A stretch of DNA of 63,096 bases, the filler included, from Reclinomonas americana ATCC 50394 (Eukaryota): NCBI GenBank assembly GCA_048213135.1. It is 8 parts of 8 records of this genome, joined end to end, with 100 filler letters (N's around TTAATTAATTAA, not from the genome) between each part and the next. Parts side by side here need not be neighbours in the genome. Positions count along the whole stretch, not along the records: positions 24,088 to 27,828 come from AFZH01020655.1; positions 27,929 to 56,726 come from AFZH01020656.1; 6 more parts are not named here. One strand, given 5' to 3'. The notes below the pieces were generated by a model, which worked only from the letters and a program-made list of their open reading frames with translations, had not been told where the DNA came from and did no database searches. Below, one piece after another: positions 26,647-41,258 of this stretch; the stretch's first letter is position 1, and every line of letters starts with the position of its first letter. Position numbers and translations under genes: made by a program.

Positions 26647-27528
26647 GTGTTGCTTCAACACTGCCCACCAGGCTGTTTTTTTTCCACCACTACTCTTTTC
26701 TCTCTCGCCACTCAAATTGAAGAAAACTGGCACTCGACGAAAAAATCGGCCGCGACGCGAAATGCCGCAAGTGGGAAACTGAACGGGGTGTGCGGAAAGG
26801 CGCTTCACCAAGGAGAGCTCAGGAAGGCAGAGCGAGGGCGACCAATCGTCGGCGGGTAATGGTGCATGTGTGTTCGAAATGATATAAAATGTATCCGATT
26901 TTGGACATCTCAGCACTGCGAGGTGACGGACCGGCAGCATCTGCCCTTGGTGGGAAACTATGGAGAGGATCATGTTGTGCATCAACACCAAGAAATTTGG
27001 GGGCCGATCGGTGCCTTTCCCTCAAGATAACGGGAAAGTTGTTTTCGTCGTGACCGGATGGAGTTTTGCGTGAAATCGACGGTGGCGATCGTTACAATAC
27101 GGTGTACTCTCTGCCTTTTTGCTATGCGCGTTGACGACTGCACCTCGTCTCTGGTCGCGTTGCACATTCGATGTTTCCAGGTGCGACAACGGCAGCGTAA
27201 ATTCGGGATTCCTTCCTGCAGCTGCCCGAATTCGAAGTCTGGAGAGGCAGCATCGCACGTACCTGTGCTGTTGAAGTCGACCAACATCGCAACACCTTTG
27301 GCAAGACCACTGCGGTTGCTCCGTCAAGAATCGATATCGCGACGTCGCGATCGACGACGACGTCGTAACCTCGGCTCGTAAAGTCTCTCATCACATGCGC
27401 GAGTCTCGTCACCTTCACTAGTGCATAAGTTGCTGATGATGAGCGGACGTCGCGAGAGTTGTCCGCCTTCAAATTCTCCCTATCCTTCCGTCACCGTCGG
27501 TCGCGCTCTCCTCCACCCCACCCCTCTC

Positions 27529-28597
27529 ATGCACGCACACAAGCGAGTCATCCCCGTCGAGAGCGGCGACGATTCCCCGCTCTCCGGTGTTTCTGTCGGC
27601 GACGAAGGCGTCGGCTCCAGCAGCCATGCGGTGGGACGCAAGGGCGTGTCGGCGCCGGCGGCGGCACGAGCGCCTTCGCCAGCCACAGTGGTGAAGCGCA
27701 TGATGTGGGACGGGCAGCACTCGGCAGCCGCCAAGAGCATCTTCTGGTTCGGCTGCTATCTGTGGGTCATCGGCCCGCTGATGTTCTTCATGCCACGTCT
27801 AGCGGTCGTCACCTCGTTCCCGGATCTTNNNNNNNNNNNNNNNNNNNNNNNNNNNNNNNNNNNNNNNNNNNNTTAATTAATTAANNNNNNNNNNNNNNNN
27901 NNNNNNNNNNNNNNNNNNNNNNNNNNNNGTCGCGCGGCTGCCGTACGAGACGTGGCTGATTGTGGAGCCCATGGCGCGCGTGACGGGCTTCATTGTTGCG
28001 TGTGCGTGTGTGGGAGAATCTCCTGGATGTGTTTGCGAGATGTCTTTGCCAGAGTGAGAGAATTTCTTCTCTCTCTCTTTCTGCGTGCGACTCACGTGCA
28101 CTCACACCGGTGGTATACCACCAGGTGTGCGTCTTTGCGTACTACTACGTGCGGACATCGATGCGCGAAATGACTGACTTTTTCCGCTTCACCGTGCACG
28201 TTGCGTGTGCATCGTCTGCCTTTTGTTTGCTTGCTTGCTTCCCGAGACTCTTACGCGACGTCGGCGTTTCGTGTGTGTGCTCGCAGACCCGCATGTTGCG
28301 TCATGATGGAAACATTCTTTTTGGGATCGCTCCGATCTCCCCCTCTCGCTGCGGTATCGATTCTTACCTCCCTGGCATGCAGGTTGGTTCCCTTCTTGTT
28401 CGCCGCTCTGTACTTGGCCGGAGTTTTGCCACTGTTGCGCGTGTGTTATCCCCTTCGGCCCCCCAGTTCCCACCCACCCACCCACCCACCCCCTCGTCGT
28501 GCGCAGGAGTCAAGTGCTGGCTGGCGTCGGCGACGGCCTCGGCGCGCTGTGGACGGCTTTGGCCCTCAAAAAGGACGGCCACAAGGTATTCGTGTGA
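27529..28597 (+). CDS. Small membrane protein (about 4 TM), resembles an uncharacterised bacterial membrane protein family; spans a gap
   Basis: SAAAKSIFWFGCYLWVIG...MARVTGFIVCVFAYYYVRTSMREMTDFFRFTVHTRMLVPFLFAALYLAGVLPLSQVLAGVGDGLGALWTALALKK. Four introns restore the frame. Confidence 0.75.
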
Positions 28598-28670
28598 CGC
28601 ATCTGTGTCACTCACTCCTCCCCCGTCTCCTGGACAGAGTTGTTGTCATAAACAATTCATTATATCTCTA

Positions 28671-31600
28671 TTATCGTGGCAAGAGTGGCTCCTGTAGTGG
28701 TGCTCCTCCTGCCTGCTCCACTTGCTGTTGTGGGAGTGGTGGTCTCGATTGGCGCCTGAAGCTGTCGTCGATTGGGAGCATCCGAATCGACGTGCGGCTG
28801 CGCCACTCGTCATCCCTGGCGGTGTCGTTGATTCCTTTTTCGTTGTCCTCCCCATCATCGTCATCGTCATCGTCGACATCACCCCCGACACCATTGAGAC
28901 GCGGAGTCGTGCTCGCATCGGTGGTGCCGTCGTCGAGTACCAACTTGCGGCCGCGAATGGAGGAGCGCACTCGCGTAAGCAAGTCGCGCGCCCGCTGCCA
29001 CATTTGCAGCACGATTGGGATGGCCAGCACGGCACATGTGACCGACACCAGGACGAGACCGGCCACTGTCTGGAAGCCCGTGTCCGTGCGCGAAGCAAAC
29101 ACACTGGAGATGACCACCATCGACGCCAAGGACACATTCTCCAGCATGTTGTTAACCGGACTAATGTACGCCGGCCACACGATCTGTACCACAAAGAACG
29201 ATACGCAGGCCGTGAACAGAGCCATGGGCAGCGGACCCAAGGCGTCGTTTCTGGCCAGGGGGAAGAAAATGGCCAGCAGAATAACGCGGCGCAACAGCTG
29301 CAGCGCCTCCCAGTAGATCATGTTTGGTCGGTAGTTGAGATACAGTGGCTCTGTGACACGCATATGCATGAGAGCACATTTTTCTCACTCACTCTTGCGC
29401 GTGCACACGTACCGTAGCGAACGCGGTTTTTCCGCGAGAACGACGAGGCACCGCCGTGGCGCTGCACGTACCACATGACACCGAAGAGGACAACGGGGAA
29501 AGCCAACAGCACGCCCAGAAAGAAGCCAAAGAAGACTCGCAGGCCGGCGAACACGCTGGACGGGTGGGGGTTGCACTGCACGCTCGGCTGCAGCAACACA
29601 TACGACGCGGCACCGACAGACTTGCACGCAAACACGCCGATACACCTGTTCCTCACACAGTGTCAGGGTCGATAAAGTCTCTGCATGGGCGACAAGACGC
29701 AACGTCTCCAACAGGCCCTGGTATGCACCTACAGCAGCTTGCACCAGTGAGTTCACATGCCACACTACCGTTGCCATCGTTTGAACGCACGCACCAATCG
29801 CAAACACAACCGAGCTGCGAATGTATCGCGATACCGAGGCCGTGGATGAGATGAATTGTCGCACTCGCATGAGCTTGTCTGACGCAAGGGCATCCGCAGG
29901 CGGTCGCAGCCACATGCGTAGCAATCGATGGATGGCAAAAATGCACCACAGCGCAACAAAGTTCGCCAGCGGCAGTAGCACTGCATGATGCGTCAGCAGG
30001 TGGAGAGAAAGCACCTTTACCACCTATACTGACCTTGCGTCAGGAGCTCGCCGACACCGTCGACAAAGAACGGGCACGATTCGCCGACGGGAATCCAAAA
30101 CTTGACCAGGCGTGCCACATTGAGCACGGTGATATTCGGGTACCTGCGACCGCCGAGCATGAATAGTCAAGTTAGTTCAGCATTATATGAAGCTGTGCTG
30201 CGTCACACACAAAACTCACCAGAGCAGGCACATGGACTGGAGAAAGAAGAAAATCATCTGTACCACGGCGCATTCAGTCACGATGGAAAGCGAGAGTGCA
30301 TCCATATGCGGCGGGTTCGCGCACCTTGGTGGCTGCCACAGCTCCGCCTTGCGAGACCACGTGTTGCAGCAGTGCAATGAGGAACACTTTCAGGATCAGC
30401 CATGCCAGCGGCCAGGCGCTATTGTCGGTGCATTTGACACAGGAGGCATCCCATGATGCGTACCCGGGCTGCGCGTGTGTGCACGCGCGCAAGTGAGTTG
30501 CTAGTGCACAAAGTCGACTCGTGTGCGTGCACTTGCTTACCAGGCACTCGCCACACAGGACAGAGGTCTCCTGCCGGTTGGAACCCGGTTCGCACAGCGA
30601 TCCCCACGTTCCTGTGTGGAGGCTACTGTCAGACGCTCACGCATACGGGAACAAGGCAATCGGTGCAAACTCGGCGCACGAAACTTGCACCATCAGGTGA
30701 ATTGCACCACGTGTACGGACACAACCATGTATCGACAAGTGCCGACGAGTTCGTCTGATTGTATGCTGCCAGTGGCCACGTCCAGTAGTTGCTCTCGATC
30801 AGCAGATTAGAGCCTGTTGCACCCGCTCACAAATCAGTCACACGAGGCATTGACGAACGGAGTGCGTGCGTAACCTCCAGGACACAGTAGGTGTGGGTTG
30901 TCTGTACATGGATCACTGCCGCCGGTGGAGCACGAACACTTGACACACTGCTGATTGGAGACTAGGGTGCCGAGATTGTACGAGTCGTAGGGGCACGTCT
31001 GCAGAGTCGCTCATGAGAAGACAATACGCATTCTTTGTCTTCCGGCTGCGAACGCACCAGGCAACCGCGGTCATCTGCATACTCTTCGCCGACATCGCAG
31101 GGCGACAGGGGGATCTGAACATCCAACTGGTTCTGGAGTGGCACACTCAGAGCAGCGATTCGTATCTCCAACATCAGCGGGCCACGACGGTCCGAGGCGT
31201 ACGGCACAACGATAATGCCGTCGTCCGACGAAACGAGGCGTTGCTGCGGCCAGTTCAATCAGTCACAGTGGTGGTGGTGGTTCGCCCACGCACAACACAC
31301 AGCGACGACATGAAGCTCACCGCTGTTCGACACGCCGTGCAGTTCACTTGCACAATGAACTGCGCACACGGCACACGTGTGAGCACCGAAAACCAACGAG
31401 TATGCACTTGCAGATCCACCACGCAACGCCGTCCAGTGTGCGTGTGCGGTATCCACTGACGTCAACCAACTCCACTGTGACATTATACTCGGTTCCAGAA
31501 AACACAGGCACCACATCCGACAGCAGGCGCATCATGATCGGGGCTGTGCGAAGTGCGATGTGCTTCATGAGCACGACGACGGAAACACTGGCAAGAAAGA

Positions 31601-34600
31601 CACTGCCCGCTGCACGAAACTCGAGCCCATGTTGTTGCCGTACTCGGCACTGTTTGGACCAAACAGGCAGTTCGACAGAGTGCTTTGCGAGATTTGCGGC
31701 AGCGAGCGCAACACCGTGACCAATGATGCTAGTGCCACACAACCATGAGTCCGACAAAAGAACGCTGTCCATGCTTCTAAGGGACTCTACATGCTTACCA
31801 GAGAAGAACAGTGCTCCACCTCCACCACTTCCAGCAATATCTCCGCGAGCTCCGGCGCTGATATGCGGCGCGGATTAGCACTACTACCCACAGTCCACGA
31901 GAGAGACAGAAAGGGCAGAATGGATGCTACGCACGAGAAAATGGCCGCGTTTCCACTAAAGATACTTGAGGAGATCGTCACGGCCGGAGAAGAGTACGTC
32001 AGCTGCCGTCGCAGCCCGAGAAACCCCGTTGAGTGAGCTCACGCACACGGGAGAGCGAAAAAGAAGCAAACACAAGCAACCAACGCAACAGCAATGGAGA
32101 TGGCACCGCCGAGACTGGCCGAGTTGCTGGCGAACTCGGTGGCGCTCACGCGACAGGTGGCATAATCATCATCCACAATGTTCGGCTGCGCGTTACCGCA
32201 CCATGTACGTGTGAGACCCAACGGAAAATGATGCAGGAAAAATGCGCCCCAAATATGTTGTAATACCGGTTGCAAGAATGCCATGGCGCCACCAGAGCCT
32301 GCAGCACGCGCTGTACGGTAAGTAGCCTTGCACTGTACACGATGTGGCTGTTGTTGCTCACCTTGTGCCGAGTTGCCAACAAACTGATTTCCAATGACAG
32401 TGACAACGGCATCCGAGTCAACGTACATCGCACCGCCATCGACGGCCGCCTTGTTGCTAAGAAATGTGCTACCGCTAATAAGCAGAGCCGACAGATTGGT
32501 TCGCGCTGCTATCGCACCGCCACTCCAGGCGGCGGTGTTGACAGAAAAGTAACACGACACGCATTGATACTGCGCCCCGTTCACCTGTGCATTATTGGAG
32601 AGGTGGTGAGAGCGAGCGTGCATCCACAAAATCTGATTGCGCGCAGACTACGATGACGCACCAACACGGCGCCTCCATATCCCGCATCGGAGATTGCCGT
32701 GTTGTTGGTGAACACCGAGTTGATGGAGGTGCAGTTGGCGAGGAATGCGGCAGCAAGCATGCTGTGCGAAAAACAGTGAGCTAGATACAAATGCAACATG
32801 CGTGAGTGAACAACAACACGCAACAGCGCTCCTCCTCCTTCTTGTGTAGCGGTGTTCTGGCTGTACGACGCCCTGTAGTCCAGCCATGCTGCCAGGTCCA
32901 GAACCTAGCGAAAGAGCAGAGAGAGAGAGAGGGTGAGCTCGCGTTGTATTGTCGCGCGGGGCGCGGGTGACCAGACATGTGCACGCAACAGCAACTGAGG
33001 CAGAGGATATTGAGAGAGTGGCGTACGAGTATTGACAATCACGAGTAAGTTCGAGCACGATCACACACGATGCTGCAGCACGAGATGCACCTGCTCCACC
33101 ACCGGAGGCACCGTTGCCGGAGAAGATGCAATTGCTGCACGACGCGCTCGATTGCTGCACACCGGCATTAGATGCGTTCGTTGGTGGCAAACGAACATCG
33201 AGGAGGAACTCACCTGATCGACACAAATGGCACCACCGCGAGTCATGGCGATATTGTTGGAAAAGTACGTAGATGAAACGGTGATGCTTGACAGCCCTGT
33301 GTGCAGGTCACGGTTACACGACGACGAAAAATCGATTGCGGCAGAGTCACGAGCACGCAACCAGAGGCATAGATCGCTCTGCGTCACACATTCACACACA
33401 AGCACATACGAGCCATTGAGAGAGCAGAGAAAGGTGACGTGAACCACAAGTTGTGACCAACCCGCCAAAAGCACCCTGCGCCGAATTGCCGACAATGCTG
33501 CACCCGGAGATCGACGCTGTCGAGTCCTCTGTTATGAAAGCCGTGTCAGTTGATATGACGCTTTGGCAGCATTTCATGGAATGCAATGTCGCAAGCGCAC
33601 CGAACGTCGTAATGACCCCACCAAAGTTAGCGGCGTTGCCATACTGCGGGATAGATAGAGTACATCGTTTCAGAAGAGTTGCAGGAACAACCTCACAACA
33701 ATCCTCCCTATGCACACCGCACCACAGTACAGTTCAGCAGTGTTACTGCGCTGTTGGCAATAGCGTGAATGACGCCGCCGAACAGAGCTAGATTTGAATA
33801 TAGCGACGAAGAGACGATGTAGAGTTGCTGTGCGAACGGCAAGTGAGTGCCACGAAAGAGTCCGTCCGACGATCACTCGTTCGTGTGAACCCTCACCGCA
33901 TTGCTGGCAGCATAAAAAGCACCGCCTGCATGTGAACATGGGGAAGGCTGAGTCGCCAGTCAGCAGCAATGCTTTTCAACACACACACCTTGGCCGGTGT
34001 CTACGGCCGAGTTGCCTTGCACGGTTGTATTTTGCAACAAGAGCACAGACACCGTTTCCGACACCGCCGCACCTCCTCCCTACAAAGACGTCGTCAAGGT
34101 ATGAACGAGTTATCTCAATCTCCCACAAACACATACACACAGAAGTACCAGAGTGGCGGTGTTGAAGCTCAACACAGAATCGGTCAGCGCAATGTGACTT
34201 GACCTGGTACGAGTGAAGCAATCAGCGACCGTAATGGCAGGAGATACCCATCAACCACGCTCACGCACGTGAGGCAAACGATTCCGCCGCCGAGGTGTAT
34301 GGCTGTGCACAGCAGGGAGACGGCAGTTGGCGACTGTCATGTCAGAGTTGAGCAAGAGCAGATGTGGCGCGCACCAGAGTTGTAGGTGATGGTGGACCGC
34401 GAGACATCCAGCAACTGATTGTTAACCGCATCCGAAAACCCTACCACACTCAAGAATGAGCATCACGTTCACGAAAGGTTACTCACATGCACACACTCAT
34501 ACCGGCGAGACCAGCGCCATCGTACGCAGAGTTGTATGACAGAGTAATGTTGACGAAAGATGCGGGGAGTGAGGCATAAATACCGCCACCAAAGAAGGCG

Positions 34601-37600
34601 TAGTTGCTGAAGAACTGTGAGTCGGTAATGTTGCCACCTGCAAAGAAAGGTCAAGAGAGACAAGCGAAACGAGAAAGCGTGCGCAACAAAGGCAGTAACA
34701 AACCGCGCAGTAGGACGACAGCACCACCATATCCGGGTTGCTGCACCAGTGCCTCGGTGACAGAATTGCTGACGAACAATGACCGGCTCATTTTTCTGTC
34801 ACGGATCGTATCAGGGACTGCACGGAGAACATAAACAACTCGGAGCACATCATCAATACGAAACACCACGTCGCTCAAGAGATACGCAGCACCTCCTGTT
34901 TGGCTTGTTAGAATGCAGAGACGATACGGGATGGACAGAACGAAGGAGAGCACTCTTTCGTCTCACCTCCCGAGTACGTATCCGAAGGCGGAAACACAAG
35001 GTACCCATCTTGTGAGAGACCAGGAGCGGTGCAGTTGGCCACCGAGCAGCTGGAGAAGGTCACCTGGTCCACGGTGGCACCGTCGGAGGCAAACACAAAG
35101 ATACCACCGCCGCCAATGTTGGAGGATCTGAGTGAATTAGTGGACTGCGTGAGAAAAGCTAGCCACAGCGACATGTCATCATGCAAATGCACGCAACGGA
35201 ATGTTGCTGCCACCGGCCGACGGGGCGTTATTTTGCCCACCAGCACCCGAGTTGACCACAGAGCAGTTGGTAAATTGCGTTTGCGAGATTGTGCCACCAG
35301 CCCTGTGCCGTCGTGGAAATGCGTGAGCAGGTGCGCTCGCTTGGCAAGCGTGCAAACAATGGCTACATACCAGCCAGCAATGTACAGTGCACCACCTGCG
35401 TAGAGAGTGAGTAACGTGCGCGCACAAAGCACAGCGATCGTGCTCTGCCTCACCGCCTGTATACGAGCCTCCAGTGCCGGCACTCATCAGCGCCCCCACC
35501 TGCACCGACACGATGTTAGAATCGACTGCCAACACACAAAAGAAAAAAAGGTGAGCACACAACGTTATCTGCACAGTGCATTCACAAGTACAGTAGCAGT
35601 GAGTCAGTTAGCGTCAGGGAGAGGCACAAGTGAGGAACAAAAAAGTCAGCGCAACTGGATCCGCCAGAGGACACGCGTGCAAGCTGCATCGGCCGAGTGA
35701 GAGCGCCGTAAGCGACAGCATCGAGATGGCAAACGACACAAACCATGTTGGATTGAAACCGCGATCGTGAAAGAGTCATGGTGCCGCCTGTGAGGAACAT
35801 TCCACCACCGCCGAGAAAGCTCGCACCAAAGCCAGCCGTGTAGGAGGTGCCAGCGCAGTACGACCCACCAAGGCCGCTGTGCGGTGCGGCACGCAGCAGT
35901 CAGGATGAGGAGCGCGTTTGTGAACGAGTTCAACACCCAAGACAAACCTGTCGGTCATGGAACAGTTGGTCAAGTAGAGCTGGTCGGCTGTCACGAGACC
36001 TCCGACGAGGATGCACCCGCCGCCAACAAAGATACCGGCCGAAGCGCACGTCCCTTGCGCTGTGGTGCGGCAATGAGATTAAAGGCGGGGAACATGCCGG
36101 TGACACAACGCGGAAAAACTACTTGCCGCTGCTTGTGTTATTCCTGCCGCCGTTGGAGACGTGGACGACCTGCAGCGAAAATTTACACAGCCTCGTTGTG
36201 TCATACTGCTGGCCGCACGAAGGGAGCGCGCAGTCAGTCAGCAAACCTGGCTGTTGCTGAAATGGAGATTTTGGAGCACCATGGGTGCGTTCGGCGAGCG
36301 TGCAAAGATCGTTCCTGGACACCCAAATCACGTGGGCCTGCTGTTTATGCACCCACGGGGAACAAACGTTCACTCACCACCACCAATGTACGGACCGCCG
36401 CCACCAGGTGCACTGGTCGCCGACAGAACCACGTTGTTGTTTCCACCTGCAACTCAACCGAGTCGGCGACAGCACAAAAATGGAGCTCATCGTCTATGTA
36501 TGCAAATCTCACCGTTTCCGCTTGACGACACTGTGGAGTTGGTGAATTGGGACGAAGTTACGTTGAGCGCACTGTTGCTGTAGATACAACCGCCTGTCCA
36601 GTGCAACCGACGATCAGCGACGCGCGCACACAACTAGGCTCGCCTAACACGCATTTTTCAACTCGCCTCCGCACAACCCAACACTGTAGCCGACGGAGGA
36701 AGAGGCTGACGAATGCGAGCCGGCGTTGCAGATTTCGCTCACAGAGCAATACAAAAACTGGCTGTTGGTCACCGTCAGCGGACTCGCGGTGAAAATGGCG
36801 CCTGGGATAGAGAGAAAGAGCAATGAGTTTCCACCACTTGATATCGAGATACAAGCAAACGACGCACCGCCACCAGACTCGGATCCACCAAGCGCGGCCG
36901 ATGTTTGAGCCAGCAAGTGGTAACTAATCAGTAGATACGCGGTGAGTGAGCGTCACAGAGAAAGAACTGCAATGCGTGTGCACCTGCCACCATTGGCTGA
37001 GTTGGTGACACGAGAATTCTCAAACAAGCAATTCGACACCACAGCCAGCGTGGAACCACTCGAGACAAACATCGCACCGCCGCCGCACAGCGGTCCACCG
37101 CTCCCTGCCGCACCTGGCGAGTCACGAGAAGTAAGGCCCGGCCCACACGGAGTACGCACTCGCACGCACACATACACACACACATGCGCAGTACCTGCGA
37201 CCGATGAGGAGTTACCACCGTTGCACAAGGTGGAGACGGTGGAATTCGTCATTGTTGAGTTCAGCAAAGCGAAATTGCCGCCATTCACAAACAAGGCTGC
37301 AAGCACAAAATGAGCGTGCACGGCGCAGACGCAATCTACGATGAAGGGTGGCGCACCACCACCACCGGAATTGGAACCAGCACTGGCCACGGTAGAGGTA
37401 CCGACGCCGCCACTGCCACCATTGTTGGCGTTGATAAAGGTCGAGTTGACAAATGTTAAACCTGAAAGAATGGCAGACTGAGGGTCGACAGCAGTGAAGA
37501 ATACGGCGCCGCCTCCGCAGGCTGTGCGTGGGCAGGAGAGAGACGTAAGTGACTTGCGGGTGCATATCGAGGCACAGTGAAGGTGTGTGATCGGCAGACA

Positions 37601-40600
37601 CGGAACTTGAGCCACCGCCCACCGCAGCACCCTGTCCGAACACTATGGCCGTTATCCCACTGTTGCACACGTCCTGCGCGCAATCACGAAGGTGAGCAGG
37701 AGGGAATCACACAAGCCAAAAATAGTGCACTCAACTTGGACCATGTTATCGATAAACGTGCAGTTGACGATTGCAGTCGAGACGCCTTGCATCTGCAAAT
37801 AGAGAGCACCGCCACCGCTGTAGTCACCCCCTGCAAGAAAATCGTAAAGTTGATCGATAAGCACTGTGGTCAGTTGCACGGAGGAAATGACGACAAGGAT
37901 TCGAACCGACGCCCGCAAGGCCGTAGCCAGTTGTACCGACGCCACCATTGGCCGAGTGTAACACCCTGCACCACGACCGAGGCAACGTGAGGTCACACAA
38001 CCACCACCATCGCGCACTCACGATGCTCCTCTTCCACGTCACCTGTTGCCGGTGAATGTGGTGCGAGAGATTGTCGCATTTTGTACCGTTGACATTCCGC
38101 AGAACACGGCACCACCGCCCACATAGTCACCACCAGTCGAAACCTCAGACACTGGGGTCGACGGCGCGTTGCGATTTTGCACCCCACCAACGCCAGTGTT
38201 GATTACCCTGAGAGCTCCCACGTCAACAACAACAAATACCACCAACAGACTCCACGAGCATGGACTGATTGAACGCACAGGTTGTCGCTGAAGTAAGAGT
38301 CACTGATCAGAAGACCGGTAACTGGACTGGCACCAGGCAGCGCAGGAAAGAAAATAGCACCTGCAAGCGCATGCCACGTGAGCACGCATGTATACTTACT
38401 TGCACAACGCTTCCAGAAGCGCATGCAAGTACCTCCACCGCAGGATTGCTGGCATCCACCGCCCACGTTTGACGTTTGGGTACTGGTGCCACTCAACAGG
38501 CCCTGTGAATAGCTGCCACCATTCGCGCTCCCCGCGACCATGTTGCCGGTGAAAGTGGAGTTGGTGACAAGAAGCTGGCCTCCACGTGCCATAATTGCGC
38601 CACCTGCACAAGAAGATCAGGATAGTATTGTCTTCCTTCTGAGACGCACGCACTCCACACGTACCACCGACAAAACTCCCAGCTTGGGCAATCGGATTGG
38701 TGGAGGTAATCTGCGATGAGCATGTGAGTGGAGAGTGGCAGCGATCAGCAGAAGCAAGGTAGCTGTTTACGCAGACCGCCCAGTTGGTGCCACCGTTGCC
38801 GGTGGTGACGACTGAGTTATTGAACGCCGTGACACCTGTTACAATGGTGGCGCCAAACGCGAGTAGGGCACCACCTACACCCAGGAGCGCACTGGTGGGC
38901 CACAAAAACACCTCAGTGCAGCACAAACAATAAAAAACGAACCTCCACAGTTTACGCATCCTTGTGCGACGACAAAGGTCAGCGGTGTCTGAAGTTGCTC
39001 CACCTGCTCGCTGTTTCCGGCGCTGCCGCTGTTCACAACTACGTGCGATACAGAAGAAACATGAGACCACAATACATCTTCCCTGACTCTGAGGGAGAAT
39101 GACAAACCGAAATTGCCGATCATTTGCACATCGACCAAAGTCACCGCGAGCGTGAACAGCGCACCGCCACCGATTCCGGTGCCGCCTGTGGCAAGCGATC
39201 CACTGACGACTACGAGCACCGACCCGGAATTGCCGGTGTTTTGCACCGAGTTCCCCACAAACGTCGATGACGTAACATTTGTGAGAAGAGTCCCCGTAGG
39301 CAATGGACTCACACTCAGAATGGCACCGCCGCCTACAAGCAACAAGGGATAGTGAGCAGTTTCACACGAGACTGCAATTCGCACGACCGGCCTCACCACA
39401 CGTATTTCCTCCGACAGCCTGCGGTAGCTGTTGCTGCGGAATGTTGTTGACGTTAATGACGCTGCTGAGCAGGCTCCCAGTGCAAGAATTCAGCACTGCG
39501 TTGGCGGTGAAGCTGGAGTGCGAGATGGTCACGTTGGACATGGCAAAGATAGCGCCGCTGGTACAACACAGAGGTGTAAGACAGGAGGGCGAAGCACAGC
39601 GGTCACACTCAAAAGACGATCGCCTCACCCGCCGACGGCGTTACCGCCAGAGTTTGCCGGAGTTTGCATGTTCAGGAGAGTTAATTGAAGATTGGACGCA
39701 AACAGGGAGTTGGCGGTGTTGTTGACATAGTTGTTGGTGAACACAGACGTGTCGATGGAGGTCACAGCTGTGCGGAATGCGCGACCACAGACGCGTAAGA
39801 ATGAACGAAACTATGAGGCACACACATCGCGTTCGACTCCACGCGTACCGTTGGCGAAGACAGCACCGCCTCCAATAAAGGAACCGCCAGAGTTCAAGCT
39901 TCCGCCACTGTTGCCGCAATTGTTGACTTGATTGCCTGCAGTTGCGAGACAACAGTAAGAGCGGGTGCGCACGCACACACGACCATCATCACACGTTACA
40001 AACCAACAAACGTGGTGTTGGCAAAGGAGAGAGTGGTGGCCACCACCGCCAGCGCACCACCACCACTCCCGTAGCTGGCAACCACATTGCTCACAGAGTT
40101 TTGGTAGAACTGGCTGCTTTGCACGGACACCGAGGAGACCTGGTAGGCGGCTGCGGCACCGCCGAGTCCCACATTCGTACTGACGCTCGGCGTCTGCAAA
40201 TTTCCGACGACGGTGCAGTTGGAGAAGCGCGAGTTGCTGATCGTCAGCGCAGTAGTCTGCAACGTCGGTGCCACCAACAGCGCACCGCCCATCGAGTTGC
40301 CGGCACACGCAATGTTGGAAAACGTGCACGACTCCACTTGCACTGCAGCCACAGCGGCCGTGATCAGCACTGCGCCACCGCACTGCCAAGAAAACTGCGG
40401 CTGCGTCGACGCGTTGGCAAAACTCGAACGCAGTACTTGCACACTGCCTGTTCCACCACCACCACCACCACCACCCACAGTCAGACCACGCGCGCCAGTT
40501 ACTTGGCAGTCGGCGACCACCACTGACGGCTGCGCTGCTCCGAGGACGGCGGAGACGAACGCGCTCTGCTGCTCTGCGGCACTCAATGTGGTCGAGGGAG

Positions 40601-41106
40601 ACACTGAGAACTGCAGTCCTTGCAGCACCAGCGACGCACTCGACGAGGTGAACGCCGGTAGCGAGGTGGCCACCAGGTGCACGCCGCCGACCGTGGTGCT
40701 ATTCAGCAACACTCGCGACTGACCGAGTCCATCCAGCGTCAGCGACGAAGTCCCCAACGTGTACACTCCGTCGGTGAGAAGCAGCGTGTAGTCGCCAGTG
40801 CACGATGCAAACGTCATGGAGGTGAGCGCCGTACCCAGCGAGCAGGCCGTCGCAACATCCGCACCACAAGGTGCGTTCGTCAATCCCATCGGCGACACAT
40901 TGACTGCGGCCGCGGGGGAAGGTGAGAACGAAGATGCTCTCACGCCAGCAAGTGCATATGTGTGCGTGCACGCAACTCAGACACGATGTCGCGGCGTCCA
41001 CTGCCACAAACGTCAGCGTAATGCTCAGCAGCAACGCGGCTATTAGACATGGGGGTCGACGACGCGCATGACGACCGCCGAGAGGAGGTGGCATCACCAC
41101 TCGCAT
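28671..41106 (-). CDS. Giant intron-rich membrane protein: signal peptide, PMP/POMP-like beta-helix repeats, Cys-rich region, multi-pass TM C-terminus
   Basis: Hydrophobic N-terminus (LIAALLLSITLTFVAVDAA). Many FxxN...GGA[ILVM] motifs (STFLSNKAAVDGGAMYV, YFSNNIAMTRGGAI). CxxC motifs near 30400-30650. PLYLNYRPNMIYWEALQLLRRVILL in the TM domain. Stop at 28671. Confidence 0.82.
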
Positions 41107-41258
41107 TCCGGTGACCGGAATCCCAAAGCGTGACACACACTCACTCTACGCGCACCCGACTTGACTCCCACCCTTCCTTTGTCCCACCACCTCATGATCT
41201 GCAACTTCGCACCATGTGCAACTTCATTGTCGACGACGTCAAACTGATTCACCACCAG

